Assembly: GCA_963771465.1 (NCBI GenBank)
Contig: CAVYTU010000008.1
Span: 286,469 to 350,468 of the forward strand
Source: an uncultured delta proteobacterium
Lineage (GTDB): Bacteria; Desulfobacterota; Binatia; UBA9968
Direction: 5' to 3'
DNA: 64,000 bases
Part shown: in pieces, positions 1 through 10,237 of the stretch
How the letters are laid out: each line of letters begins with the position of its first letter
How positions within the stretch are numbered: position 1 is the first letter of the stretch
The notes under the pieces: model-generated
The model's database searches: none
The model's input: the letters and a program-made list of their open reading frames with translations, nothing else
What the model was told of the DNA's origin: nothing
Program-made: the position numbers and the translations under genes

Positions 1-188
1 AAGACTACGTCACACAAGTCGGGCAAGGACCGTTGTCGGAACGAAAAAGCGAGCGACTGATTAGAGCTGACGTGGGGCTGCTGCTCTACCGCAAACTCTG
101 GGAACGTGAAGTCATGGCACACGCCGAAGGCCGACCACTAAAAAAGTGGCATCGCTCCGAAGCGGTCATCGACAGCGAAGATGAGTAG
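1..188 (+). CDS. C-terminal fragment of a probable Rieske aromatic ring-hydroxylating oxygenase alpha subunit (partial, window edge)
   Basis: Frame from nt 3 reads DYVTQVGQGPLSERKSERLIRADVGLLLYRKLWERE...DE* with TAG at 186-188. This resembles the QD..Q.GQG....R..E.L...D.G motif of phthalate/LigX-type Rieske oxygenases. Confidence 0.6.
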   Translation, partial: DYVTQVGQGPLSERKSERLIRADVGLLLYRKLWEREVMAHAEGRPLKKWHRSEAVIDSEDE

Positions 189-238
189 AAATTTAGATTC
201 GGAGTTGGCTGGCGCAATGCGAACAAACGACCGCTTGC

Positions 239-835
239 CTATTTCTTAAATCCGCCGATCAGCGCGCGCTTGGGGTCGTCCCAAAAGCTCTGCACGTTGT
301 CAAAGCCGACCTCTCTGAGCCAGTTTAATTGCTCGTCGAGCGACGGCCGCATGCGGTCGAAGTTTAGGAAACAGCCGCCCGGCTTGATCAGCGAAAACGC
401 TTCACCATAAATCGACTTGATGGTTTCGTAGGCGCGCACGTTGTGGATCGCGATTGAGGACACCACGGCTTCGAAAGGACCACCAATTTTTTCGCTCCAT
501 CCCGGGTGGCTAAAGTCCGCTTGCACATGGCGGACTCGACCTTTGAGCCCAGCCATGCGCGCTTCACCGAGCTTGATCATTTCGTCCGAGCCGTCGTGAC
601 ACACCGCCTTGGCATTGGAAAAATGGCCGAGGAGAAATTGGCACAGCGCGCCATATCCCGAGCCCAGATCTAACAGCGTGATCGGCGCATCCTTCGCATA
701 GGGAATGACCTGCGTCATCAAACGGAACGGTTCTTCCCGCTGTGCTTCCTTGGGATCTTGTCCTTCAGCCCAACGATTTACATACTCCGCCGACGACCAA
801 TCATGGTGTTCCCATAAGTCTGCTATTTTTGCCAT
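239..835 (-). CDS. Class I SAM-dependent methyltransferase
   Basis: 198 aa; LLDLGSGYG motif I; VVSSIAIHN; LIKPGGCFLN. Confidence 0.85.
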   Translation of the reverse strand: MAKIADLWEHHDWSSAEYVNRWAEGQDPKEAQREEPFRLMTQVIPYAKDAPITLLDLGSGYGALCQFLLGHFSNAKAVCHDGSDEMIKLGEARMAGLKGRVRHVQADFSHPGWSEKIGGPFEAVVSSIAIHNVRAYETIKSIYGEAFSLIKPGGCFLNFDRMRPSLDEQLNWLREVGFDNVQSFWDDPKRALIGGFKK

Positions 836-970
836 GGGTAAAAACTATCCGAAATCGCGCCTCAAAGTCAACGGCAAACTGCCTCGCCAAGTTATTGCAA
901 AGCCATCGACTCATCGGATAACAATCTGACAGACGTAATTCTCTTCAGCCATGAATAGTCGGAGGAACAA

Positions 971-1755
971 ATGAAATTGAAAGACCAAGTCGCACTGATC
1001 ATCGGCGGCGCCCGCGGCATTGGTGAGACCATTGCGCACACTTTTTCTAACGAAGGCGCCAGCATCGCGCTCGTCGATTTGGCAAAGATGAAGGCTGAGC
1101 TTAACGGGGTCGTTCAAGCTGTCAATCAAAAAGGTGGCAAAGCCTGCGCCATCACCGCCGATTGCAGCGACGACCGACAGGTGAACCACTTGGTTGACGA
1201 AACCGTGCGCCGTTTCGGCAAGATCGATGTCTTAATCAACAGCGCCGGCTTCCGCGGCCCGCTCGTGCCGTGACCGAAATCAGCGAAAAAGAATTTGACG
1301 ACGTGATCTTGTACAACCTCAAGCTAGTGTTTCTTTGCTGCCGCGCGGTGTTGAAGCAAATGGTCAAACAGAAGAGCGGCAGCATCGTCAGTATCTCCGG
1401 CACCGCCGGCAGAGAAGGCATGGCCATGCGCGGTTCCCTCTGCGCCGCCAAGTGGGGTGTGGTCGGCTTGACCCAAACCATCGCCAAAGAATACGGTCCT
1501 CATGGCATCAGAGCCAACATCATCTGCCCCGGCGGCATGGACGAACCCGATCTGCGCGAGATGTACGCCGAGCGCGCCAAAAACTTGGGCATGACCTTCA
1601 AAGAATTAGAGAATCAAATCCTCGCCCTCACGCCGCTGCGCAAGTACGCAAAACACGAGGAAGTCGCCAACGCCGCGCTATTCCTCGCTTCGAGCGACTC
1701 ATCGCACACCACCGGTGAATCGCTGAATGTTTCGGGCGGACGGTTGATGAGCTAA
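971..1755 (+). CDS. Short-chain dehydrogenase/reductase (SDR), split by a frameshift near 1270
   Basis: ORF 971-1273 has GGARGIG and DVLINSAG. ORF 1270-1755 has LCAAKWG (catalytic YxxxK Tyr replaced by Leu) and TGESLNVSGG. The halves join into one ~260 aa SDR. Confidence 0.85.
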
Positions 1756-1790
1756 AAGCAACGTCTAAGATTTCAACGAACGGACCGACT

Positions 1791-1818
1791 TGTCATCCGG
1801 AGCGCCAGCGAAGGATCT
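1791..1818. repeat. REP-like extragenic palindromic element
   Basis: TGTCATCCGGAGCGCCAGCGAAGGATCT between convergent genes; resembles the GTCATCCTGAGCG..GCGAAGGATCT intergenic repeat type. Confidence 0.45.
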
Positions 1819-1895
1819 GCTTTGTTGCGCCACAAATCGTAAAATACAATCTTTGCCAATGGTTCAGTTTGTCTATCGACTGATTGTTTTTCGAT

Positions 1896-3110
1896 TTAAG
1901 TCGCGGACGATCTTGCGAATTGGGCCGGCGTCACGCTGATCATTCCTAATTTGGCTTCCCGAAACAGCGCCAATCCCGACGCCAACAAGATCAAACTCAT
2001 CACCAGCATAAACCCGTCGTAGCTGCCGGTGCGATCGAAAACCAGACTCGCGATCATCGGGCCGCCGGCGGAGCCGATTTGGTGGACGATGAAACTCATG
2101 CCGAGAATGACGCCGGCCATGCGCGGTCCGACCAGTTCGTAGAATAAGACGTTCCCCACCGCGACGGTGCCGAAGGTCGGACCGATGGCGAGACCGACCA
2201 CCGCCAAGTAAGCCCACTCATTGCTGATGTGGAGGGACATCAGTAACGTCCCAACACCGCGCGTCAGATAGCTGGCGCCGAGCATGCGCGCGCGCCCGTA
2301 GCGATCTGAGAGCGAGCCGAAAAGCAACGCTGAGATCACCGCAGCGCCGCCAAAAACGCTGACCGCTTTAGCTCCGGTCGCGGCGTCGAAGCCTTTACTC
2401 ATGGTCAGCGCCACCAGATGGGCGATTTGAAAAAACGCCACGCCGCAGGAAAACCGCACGGCAAAAAGCAACAGCATCGAACGATTGCGCAGGTACGGCA
2501 GACACGCGCTCCACGCCATGCGCGTGTTCCGGCTCGCCTGTGAGCCGGCGGGATCGCGCGCGCCGAACCAAGCCAATGGCAAGGCGACAAAGAATAATAC
2601 CGCGCTGGCAGCGAGCGCCGCCGTGCGCCAATCGTAAGAACGAATCAAGAAATAAATCACCGGCGCGAATAAGAGCGGACTCATCGGCGGTGCGGTCTGA
2701 ATCACCGCCACGGCGAGCCCGCGATTCGTCGCGAAATGCTTCGACACGAGCAATGACATGATCGCTAAACTGCACGCGCCCATCGCCAAACCGACCAGCA
2801 CGCCGTAAGTCAGCGACAGTTGCCAAAGATTTTGCGACAAGCCCATACCGGCGAAACCCGCAGACATAAGCAAGATACCGATCAACACCACCGGCCGCGA
2901 GCCGCGATCGTCGGCCAACTTACCGAACATAATCGCTCCCGCGCCCCAGCCCAACATCGCGATAACGTAGGGCAGCGTCGCCAGCGAGCGCGACAATCCG
3001 AACTCCTTTTCAATCGGCGGCAGGAACAAACTGAACGTGCTCATACCGATCGATGTCATTGTCGCTACGGCAGTGCAGAGCAGCAAGATCGGCGTGCGCG
3101 AAAGATTCAT
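1896..3110 (-). CDS. MFS transporter (OFA/monocarboxylate-like)
   Basis: About 12 hydrophobic segments; GKLADDRGSR and GSLSDRYGRAR motif-A loops; ATG at 3110 chosen as start. Confidence 0.88.
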   Translation of the reverse strand: MNLSRTPILLLCTAVATMTSIGMSTFSLFLPPIEKEFGLSRSLATLPYVIAMLGWGAGAIMFGKLADDRGSRPVVLIGILLMSAGFAGMGLSQNLWQLSLTYGVLVGLAMGACSLAIMSLLVSKHFATNRGLAVAVIQTAPPMSPLLFAPVIYFLIRSYDWRTAALAASAVLFFVALPLAWFGARDPAGSQASRNTRMAWSACLPYLRNRSMLLLFAVRFSCGVAFFQIAHLVALTMSKGFDAATGAKAVSVFGGAAVISALLFGSLSDRYGRARMLGASYLTRGVGTLLMSLHISNEWAYLAVVGLAIGPTFGTVAVGNVLFYELVGPRMAGVILGMSFIVHQIGSAGGPMIASLVFDRTGSYDGFMLVMSLILLASGLALFREAKLGMISVTPAQFARSSAT

Positions 3111-3324
3111 GCGACCGACTATGCCAGCGCCGCGGCTAGCGATCAACGCGATTACTCTGGGGAAACCAAATATTATCGCCCGTCGGTTCACGGCTGCTAA
3201 GTGATTCGCCAATTTGCATTGGCTTCTTAATGTCTGTTAACAGTGGCGCTAACATCGCCAATCGCGAGCGATTTTTCTCACCGTTTTAGTTTGCCGGCGC
3301 TGCTTTTGATTCGGAGGAAGAATC

Positions 3325-4377
3325 ATGATTCGAACTTCCGTTACGTTCCTGGTCGGTGCAGTTATCCTTCTGCCGTTCCAACCTTCACTGGGGTTCTGCC
3401 AGGCGTCTTTTTATCAAGGCAAGACGATTACCGTAGTCCAAATCGTTGGCGCGGGCGGTACCGGCGATGTGCGCCGCAGGGCGCTTTTTCCATTCTTACA
3501 GAAGTATATCCCGGGAAACCCGACGATCATTTCCGATTACATGCCAGGAGGCGGCGGCCGCAAAGCGGCAAATCATATTTACCGTGTCGCCAAACCGGAC
3601 GGTTTGACCATCGGCGGTATGTCGGCGTCGTTGGTAACGAATGCAATTCTGGATACTGGCGGCGTGCAATACGACCTCGACAAATTCATTTATCTCGGAT
3701 CGCCCGTCAGCATCTTTCATTATATTCTGCTTACCTGGAAGGACGCGGGTTTGAGCAGCATGGACAAATTTCGCGCCGCGTCGGGCGTACGCATCGGCGG
3801 CCAGGAAGTCGGCCATGACGTTTATATCAGCGCGCGGGTGTTCGCTTACCTCGTGGGTCTAAAAGAACCTAAATTTGTCCTGGGTTACGGCGGCCCTGAG
3901 ATGGACATCGCGTTAGAACGCGGCGAGATCGACGCTCGCGCTGCGTCATCGGAAACTTTGACCACTCGCAACGCCAGTTGGGTCGAAAAAAAACAGGTAG
4001 ACTTGCACGCCATCGTCGAGGTGCCGAAAGGTAATAGACCTGCCGCTTTTGCGCGCCTGCCCGAGCTGGAAGAATTTGCCGTTTCAGACCGTGAGCGCAA
4101 GCTCGTCACCATGTACCGAACTTTTCGCTTGGTCGGGACGCCCTATATTTTCCCTCCGGGGACGCCTAAGGAACAAGTACAAATTATTCGAGACGCGATG
4201 AGAAAAGCTTACCAGGACCCGGAGTTCCACAAACAATTCAAAAAACTCTCGGGTTTCGATGCGTCACCGATCATGCCGGAAGAAATGGAGAAAGCGATTC
4301 GCGAACTGCCGCGTGATCGAGAGACCGTAGAATTATTTAAAAAGCTTGCCGGCGGCGACCCGATGCCTCCGCGCTAA
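3325..4377 (+). CDS. Tripartite tricarboxylate transporter substrate-binding protein (Bug/TctC family)
   Basis: Signal peptide; FYQGKTIT, PGNPTI, MPGGGG, KPDGLTIG, ALERGEIDA. Confidence 0.85.
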   Translation: MIRTSVTFLVGAVILLPFQPSLGFCQASFYQGKTITVVQIVGAGGTGDVRRRALFPFLQKYIPGNPTIISDYMPGGGGRKAANHIYRVAKPDGLTIGGMSASLVTNAILDTGGVQYDLDKFIYLGSPVSIFHYILLTWKDAGLSSMDKFRAASGVRIGGQEVGHDVYISARVFAYLVGLKEPKFVLGYGGPEMDIALERGEIDARAASSETLTTRNASWVEKKQVDLHAIVEVPKGNRPAAFARLPELEEFAVSDRERKLVTMYRTFRLVGTPYIFPPGTPKEQVQIIRDAMRKAYQDPEFHKQFKKLSGFDASPIMPEEMEKAIRELPRDRETVELFKKLAGGDPMPPR

Positions 4378-4512
4378 ACCGGGCTGAAAGACACCGACAA
4401 GATTCACCTGAAGAGCAGCAGGTAATAAAAACACGGCCAGCCTGCGAGTAATCGCACCCTGACTCGCGGTGTCAATTTTTCACCGACGTAGTCCGCAATA
4501 AATTTTCCAACT

Positions 4513-5490
4513 CTAAAGGTATCCGCGCCCGAGCCAGAACCGCTCCGCTGCCGGATGGAGCGGAATGACCAGCGGACCGTCCGCCGTGTCGCGGCACATG
4601 GTTGCCAACGGCAGCGGCCCCGGTTCTTGCCAGCCGATTCGATCCTTTCGCGCTTCGAGCGCTGCGCAGATCGACGTCACAATGGCATCGGGAACGGCAG
4701 CGTGGGTGTAAACCGCGAAGCCACTGAAATCCAAAGTCGGCAAATCGGCGCCTAGTTTCGGGTAGCGCGCCTTGGGCATTATTGCGCGGCGCAGACCGAG
4801 CGCTTCGAGCTTGGTCAGCATGCCCTCATCGAGCGGCAGAATGCGCATGCCTGCATCCAGCGCCGCATTGGCCCAGCCGCGCACAGCTTCGTCGACGATC
4901 ATGTCGATCTCACCGCGTTGCATCGCACCGAAGCGGTTGCTCTTCATCGGCAAGCCATCGTCGTAGCGCACCTCGCCGCCCCAAGAAACGATATCGTCGA
5001 GCGAAAAGCCCGCTGCCGCCAACACGGCGTTGACGACGGGATGAAGCGCATGGTCGCGCTGACCGCGTAGCGAGATGCGCAACGGCACGCGGCGCTCGCG
5101 AATCTCGTGCAACGATTGCAGGCCGCTCTTTTCAGTCACGGCGAACGCCAGCTGGTCCGGAGACGGGATGATTGTGATGGCGCGCAACGGAATGGGAATT
5201 TTGTATGGCCCGGTGCCGCGCACCGCTAGCGCGAGATACATCGCCGGATTGCTGATCGCCAGCTGCATCTCGCCACGTGCGACTAGATCGATCGCCGCCG
5301 GCCCATCGCTGGCGATCATGTTCACCGCCCACTGCTCCGCGCCCTGCACGCGCAAGCTCACCCGTGCCTGGCGGTTGGGCCAATCCGGTTGATCGACCAT
5401 TTCCGACGCGACTTCGAGGACCAGACGGGATCGGATGGTGTCGCGTCCAACCGGGCGGGCGGCCGTCTCAATAGGTTTCTTGCTATCCAT
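4513..5490 (-). CDS. TAXI-family TRAP solute-receptor-like protein, no evident signal peptide
   Basis: VARGEMQLAISNP, PLRAITII, GEIDMI and C-terminal IPLHPAAERFW...GYL typical of TAXI proteins. Confidence 0.7.
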   Translation of the reverse strand: MDSKKPIETAARPVGRDTIRSRLVLEVASEMVDQPDWPNRQARVSLRVQGAEQWAVNMIASDGPAAIDLVARGEMQLAISNPAMYLALAVRGTGPYKIPIPLRAITIIPSPDQLAFAVTEKSGLQSLHEIRERRVPLRISLRGQRDHALHPVVNAVLAAAGFSLDDIVSWGGEVRYDDGLPMKSNRFGAMQRGEIDMIVDEAVRGWANAALDAGMRILPLDEGMLTKLEALGLRRAIMPKARYPKLGADLPTLDFSGFAVYTHAAVPDAIVTSICAALEARKDRIGWQEPGPLPLATMCRDTADGPLVIPLHPAAERFWLGRGYL

Positions 5491-5515
5491 TGGCAAAAAT
5501 CACAATCTTCAGAAT

Positions 5516-6612
5516 TTAGTTAAACGTCAAAATCCCACGACCCAAAATCCGTCCGTGTTCCAAGTCATCGACGGCCTCGTTGATTTGCTCGAGCTTGTAA
5601 CGATTGGTGATCAACTCAGTGCAACTTCAATTTGTCTTGCGCGCAGCCAGCGCAGGAAAATTGGAAAATCGCGGTCCGGCTTGCAGTCGCCGCCGCTGGT
5701 GCGCGCGAAGGAACGATTGCCGATAAACAAACTCGTATCCAAGAGCGCTTTGGTATCGGGCGGCGTAATGCCGACCAGCAATGCCTTGCCGCCCGGGTTG
5801 AAACCCGAGTATCCCGGCCGCACGGCGCGCAGAATCTGCTCCTGGGTCAACGGCAATCCGATCGCATCGATTGCGAAGTCAGCGCCGCCGCCGGTGAGCT
5901 CTTTGATCGCTTGCACGGCGTCGAGATTTTGCGCGTTGATCCCATGAGTCGCGCCGAATCGACGGGCGAATTCGAGTTTGCGGTCATTCACGTCGACCGC
6001 AATCACCGGATAGGCGTCGACGATCGCGGCGGCGGAGATCGCGCACAGGCCAATCCCGCCGGCGCCGAAAACGGCGACCGATTGACCCGGCCTTACTTTC
6101 AATGTGTTGATGATCGCGCCGGCGCCGGTCATCACCGCGCAGCCGACAATCGATGTCACATCCGTCGGCAGATCTTTCGGCAGCGGCACGACGACGCGCT
6201 CCTGTGCGACAGCGTACTCAGCCCAGGTGGCGGCCGAGTGCATCACTTGCTTGCCTTTCCAGTTGGCCCAGTATTGGGCGCGATCGTTGAGCGCATGCAG
6301 TACCATCGGTTGGTTAGTTTTCGCGCTGTCTCGGTCGACCCAAGTCGTGATAACGTGATCGCCTTCCTTCACATGAGTGACGTCGCGTCCCTTAGCGGCG
6401 ACAACGCCGGTGGACTCATGGCCTAAGAGCGCCGGCAAACTTTGTCCTTGGCGCGCCGGTCGCTGCATCGTGTGCAACTGCGAGTGACAGACGCCGCTGG
6501 AAAACAATTTCACCAACACTTGATCCGGCCCTGGATCGGCGAACTCGACTTCATCGACGATTAGCGGTCTCTTGGGCTCGACATAAATCGCCGCGCGGCC
6601 TGTCACGCTCAT
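5516..6612 (-). CDS. Zn-dependent medium-chain alcohol dehydrogenase; frameshift(s) near 5620-5640
   Basis: GVCHS, GHES, VFGAGGIG. The C-terminus TELITNRYKLEQINEAVDDLEHGRILGRGILTFN* continues in another frame to a stop at 5516. The structural-Zn four-Cys lobe is absent. Confidence 0.88.
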
Positions 6613-6803
6613 GCTCCCTCCGCATGATTGCTGAAATCATTTGGGATAAATCCAGCGAAACTCCCAAGACCCGAAAGTCTTATCACTCCGAGATGTTTTT
6701 CTAAAGCGGATCAGCGCGATTGTTGAATGACAAATTGCCCAGTCGTCGCGTCGGCAGGCGAGTGAGTCGAAGGCAACGAAGCATTTTTATTGGTGATCAG
6801 CAT

Positions 6804-7112
6804 TCAGCGCAACTCGTTGGCCTCGATCGCAGCCAGCGCCAGCTTTAGTTCTGTTAATTCCGATTTGAGTTTTTGCTGATCGGATACTAGCTTGACGTGC
6901 TCTTTACGAAGTTGACTAATTTCTTCCAACACGATGATCAGTTTAGACTTGAGCCGATTGATCTCCACCTCCGGCCCTACCGTTCGATCGTCTAACTGGA
7001 TGACACCGCGAAGCGAGTCATCCCGCGCCATTGCAGCGGACTCGGAAGCGTCCTGCTGTTGTTGACGCCCGCTATGCGAATCACTGTCGTTTGGACTTTT
7101 GTTCGCCATCAC
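6804..7112 (-). CDS. Hypothetical protein with C-terminal coiled coil
   Basis: Strong SD (GAGGGGAGG) upstream; heptad-like EINRLKSKL...LEEISQLRKEH...LKSELTELKLAL. Confidence 0.55.
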   Translation of the reverse strand: MMANKSPNDSDSHSGRQQQQDASESAAMARDDSLRGVIQLDDRTVGPEVEINRLKSKLIIVLEEISQLRKEHVKLVSDQQKLKSELTELKLALAAIEANELR

Positions 7113-7489
7113 AATGCCACCTCCCCTCTTTGCATCTCATATGAGCAAGGGTGAGGCCAGCTCCAGTGCCGAAAGTCGCAACCGAATCCTGCGCAACATC
7201 GTGATCAATTTGGCAGATGCTAGAACAACGCCGGTCGATCAAACTCAAGCATGGTCTAAACTCGATCGCCGCGAATACAATTTGTTCACCGTTCCAAAAG
7301 TGTACAGCCCATTGAGAGCAGTGATTTATCCCGAAGATCAGCGGCATCCGAGTGAAATTTTGATGCTGAAATAACTCGCACACAATCGAAGCGAGACGCC
7401 TATGCCAATGCTGCGCCTCGACTGCACGGACCCGCGCAGTCTGCCGACCAACTAACCAATGATCTCAGCCGCCTGTGCGGATTTTTGCC

Positions 7490-7519
7490 TTGACGTTAAG
7501 AAGAGCTTCGCGGTAATTT
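7490..7519 (+). promoter_or_regulatory. Putative sigma70 promoter
   Basis: TTGACG-N18-TAATTT, about 75 nt before the SD AGGAGG and ATG 7594. Confidence 0.35.
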
Positions 7520-7593
7520 CACGCCAAGTTGTCGATGCGCCAATTTGCGCTGAAAGATTTAACTCGATTAGATCACTGAACAGGAGGGTTGCC

Positions 7594-9276
7594 ATGAGAC
7601 AAGCTATTTCGTTACGGACGATGTTTGTTGTTGGCGTTATTCTCGCGGTCTTTTGCGCGCAACCGATTCACGCGCAAGACCGCGCCGGCACGTTGCAAGG
7701 AGTTGTCAAAGACGGCAAAGGCGCGACAGTGGCCGGCGCATTCGTGAAAATGCATAACGCTGACCGCCGACTCACCTTCATGGTCATCAGCCAAGAGCAA
7801 GGCCGCTACTCGGTCAATACGCTGCCGCGCGGCAAATACACCGTCCAGGCGATTGGCGGCGAGTTTCAAAGCGAGCCTTCGGCGCCGGCCGATGTGACGC
7901 CCGACACACCTGCCGCCGTGGACCTAGCACTGACCGTTACGCGCGCGCCGCAGCTTGCGCCGGCGTGGCCTGGACGATTGCCCGGCGAACGAGGCGGCGA
8001 AGCGGATGAAGCGAGGCATGGACCGCCGCCGCTTCCCGAGGGCGAAGGCGGCGAGATCATTAAAGCGAAGTGTGTCTCCTGCCACGACGCTCAACGCGTG
8101 ATTCGAGTGCGCGCCGACCGCAATCGCTGGAGTCAGATCATTCAAAACATGCGCGCTTACTCCCAAGGTTCGACACTTGCCAAAGATCTTACCGATCGCG
8201 AAGCTCAGCTGCTGCTCGACTACATGGGCACAAACTATGGGCCGAGCGCGCGCGCTGCGGCGCGGCCCAAACCCGATCCCAACAGCCGCTTACCCAGAGT
8301 CCTGATGACCGGTGATGCGATGAAATATATGGCTGTTGAGTACGAGTTGCCCAACAACCGCGCTGAACCGCACGAAGTCACCGTCGACGGCGACGGCAAC
8401 GGCTGGGTCACGCAGCGCGTCGGCGGCAAGATTGGCCGCCTCGACGGTAAAGCGCTGACCTACAGCGAATACGTTCCACCGCCCGGCCCTTCGCCGATGA
8501 ACCGGCTTAACGCCATCAACCGCGGCGCCGACAACAAACTTTGGTTTGTCGACGGCGGCCCCAATCGGCGCTGGTTGAACATCGATCCGAAGTCTCAGGA
8601 ATTTGCCGTGTTCGAGTTGCCCAAGCTCAAGAATGGTTCGGCCAGCGGCAATACCATGCGCGTCCATCCCAACGGCACGGTGTGGCTCAACTCGATCGCT
8701 GCGAACCAGGTCATTCGCTTGGATCCAAAAACTCGCGCCTTTACTGTTTATGATGTTCCCGCCGGCGTAAAGCGCGGCCGCACGGCCAATCCGTACGGCA
8801 TGGCATTTTCCGGCGACGGCAAAGTCTGGTTTATCGAAAACGCCGTCAGTCAGATGGGACGGCTCGATCCCGCCACCGGCAAGATCGACGAGTTCCCGAT
8901 CCCAGTGAAAGACCCGGTCGCACGTAAAGGCGGCATGGATTCCGCCGGCAACATCTGGGTCGGTCTCCATGGTGCTGGCAAGCTGATGAAAATCGATTAC
9001 AAGACCACCGAGATGAACGTCTTCACACCGCCGACGGAAGACTCCGGTCCGTATTCCGTTCAGGGCGATACCAAGAGTCATCTAGTCTGGTTTAGCCAGC
9101 AACATGTCGATCAAATGGCGCGTTTCGATCCCAAGACGGAAACTTTCACAGAATATCCGCTGCCCAGCGCCGAGTCCGATCCGCGCCGCATCGAGGTCGA
9201 TCCGAGCAATTCAAATCGCATTTGGTGGACCGGTAATTTGGCCGGCAGAATGGGTTACGTCGAATTGATCAAGTAA
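7594..9276 (+). CDS. Secreted protein: carboxypeptidase-regulatory-like domain + monoheme cytochrome c + Vgb (virginiamycin B lyase)-like beta-propeller
   Basis: Signal peptide; GTLQGVVKDGKGATVAGAFV; CVSCH heme motif; AEPHEVTVD and repeated G.(V/L)W blades. Confidence 0.8.
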   Translation: MRQAISLRTMFVVGVILAVFCAQPIHAQDRAGTLQGVVKDGKGATVAGAFVKMHNADRRLTFMVISQEQGRYSVNTLPRGKYTVQAIGGEFQSEPSAPADVTPDTPAAVDLALTVTRAPQLAPAWPGRLPGERGGEADEARHGPPPLPEGEGGEIIKAKCVSCHDAQRVIRVRADRNRWSQIIQNMRAYSQGSTLAKDLTDREAQLLLDYMGTNYGPSARAAARPKPDPNSRLPRVLMTGDAMKYMAVEYELPNNRAEPHEVTVDGDGNGWVTQRVGGKIGRLDGKALTYSEYVPPPGPSPMNRLNAINRGADNKLWFVDGGPNRRWLNIDPKSQEFAVFELPKLKNGSASGNTMRVHPNGTVWLNSIAANQVIRLDPKTRAFTVYDVPAGVKRGRTANPYGMAFSGDGKVWFIENAVSQMGRLDPATGKIDEFPIPVKDPVARKGGMDSAGNIWVGLHGAGKLMKIDYKTTEMNVFTPPTEDSGPYSVQGDTKSHLVWFSQQHVDQMARFDPKTETFTEYPLPSAESDPRRIEVDPSNSNRIWWTGNLAGRMGYVELIK

Positions 9277-9385
9277 ACACAGGAATTGCGGCGGGCTGCC
9301 AGAAGCTAGCGTGAATTGGTTTCCGGTATCCTGCCGATTCATTCGTGCCAATCAAGTATAGAGAAGCGTCGCAATTCGAACCTCC

Positions 9386-9847
9386 ATGACCATCGCTCTG
9401 CTTATTCTTCATGGACTCCTCGCCGTCGCCTTGCTCGGCGCGATTACGCATCAAACCATCGCCGTCTGGCTCCCAGTGCGCGGCAGCGCAGAATCGTTCG
9501 TCGGACGCATGCGCTCGGTGTCGGCAACCTCTTATGTGGCGGCGATCGTCGTGCTTTACCTCGTCACAGCGCTTTTGGGCGGCATCATTTATCCAACTTA
9601 TCGTGTTAACGTCAGTCCCATCCTGCTGCAGCTTGAGGTACACAAAGCCAACGGCGCATTCGAGCTCAAAGAACACTTCGCCGCAATCGCTCTCGGCATG
9701 TTGCCCGCCTATTGGTACTTCTGGCGCCAACCGCGGATCGACGAGCACGCGCGCACGCGTGCCGTCATCACCGCAATCCTGGCTTTTACGGTCTGGTGGA
9801 ACTTTCTCGTCGGCCACGTGCTCAACAACATTCGGGGATTTGAATGA
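9386..9847 (+). CDS. Four-TM membrane protein with several membrane-associated His residues
   Basis: LHGLLAVALLGAITHQ, FELKEHF, VGHVLNN; stop overlaps the next start. Confidence 0.75.
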   Translation: MTIALLILHGLLAVALLGAITHQTIAVWLPVRGSAESFVGRMRSVSATSYVAAIVVLYLVTALLGGIIYPTYRVNVSPILLQLEVHKANGAFELKEHFAAIALGMLPAYWYFWRQPRIDEHARTRAVITAILAFTVWWNFLVGHVLNNIRGFE

Positions 9848-10185
9848 TGATCGCCGTGCGCTCATCGGCCAACTTCGTCATCACTTTCGCCATCGCCTTT
9901 GCCGTCCTTTATGTGCTCGCAGTGGAAAACAACTGGGCGCTGTTCACCTATCACGCGGCATTGGAGGAGTTCGCCTTCTTGGTCGAGAAACAGAAAGACG
10001 GCCCGGCGATGTATTGGTACGGCTGGTTGAGCACCGCGGGTATCGGCGCGTTCGCGCTCGCCGCCGCGGCTTCCTGGGCGCCGGAGAGTTTGTCGAAACG
10101 GATTTGGCCCGGTTTGGCGTGGGCCGTGCCGCTGGCGACCATGTTCGCTTTCGTTTATATTCTGCGTGGGTTTTTCACTAAGTGA
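9844..10185 (+). CDS. Small membrane protein (about 3 TM)
   Basis: ATGA coupling to upstream gene; LFTYH, GPAMYWYGW. Confidence 0.72.
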   Translation: MMIAVRSSANFVITFAIAFAVLYVLAVENNWALFTYHAALEEFAFLVEKQKDGPAMYWYGWLSTAGIGAFALAAAASWAPESLSKRIWPGLAWAVPLATMFAFVYILRGFFTK

Positions 10186-10237
10186 ATCTTGCGCGCACAG
10201 CGGCGCGGCGAATCCCGGAATCGACCTTGGAGGCTCC

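Noticed and set aside
7105-7119. TGGCATTGTGATGGC on the minus strand as a sigma54 promoter
   Set aside because: It has GG-N10-GC spacing but lacks TTGC and overlaps the SD-start codon region.
7099-7374. Plus-strand 91-aa ORF and overlapping minus-strand ORF 7081-7383
   Set aside because: No recognisable motif or clear SD, and both overlap the start region of 6804-7112; not supportable as genes.
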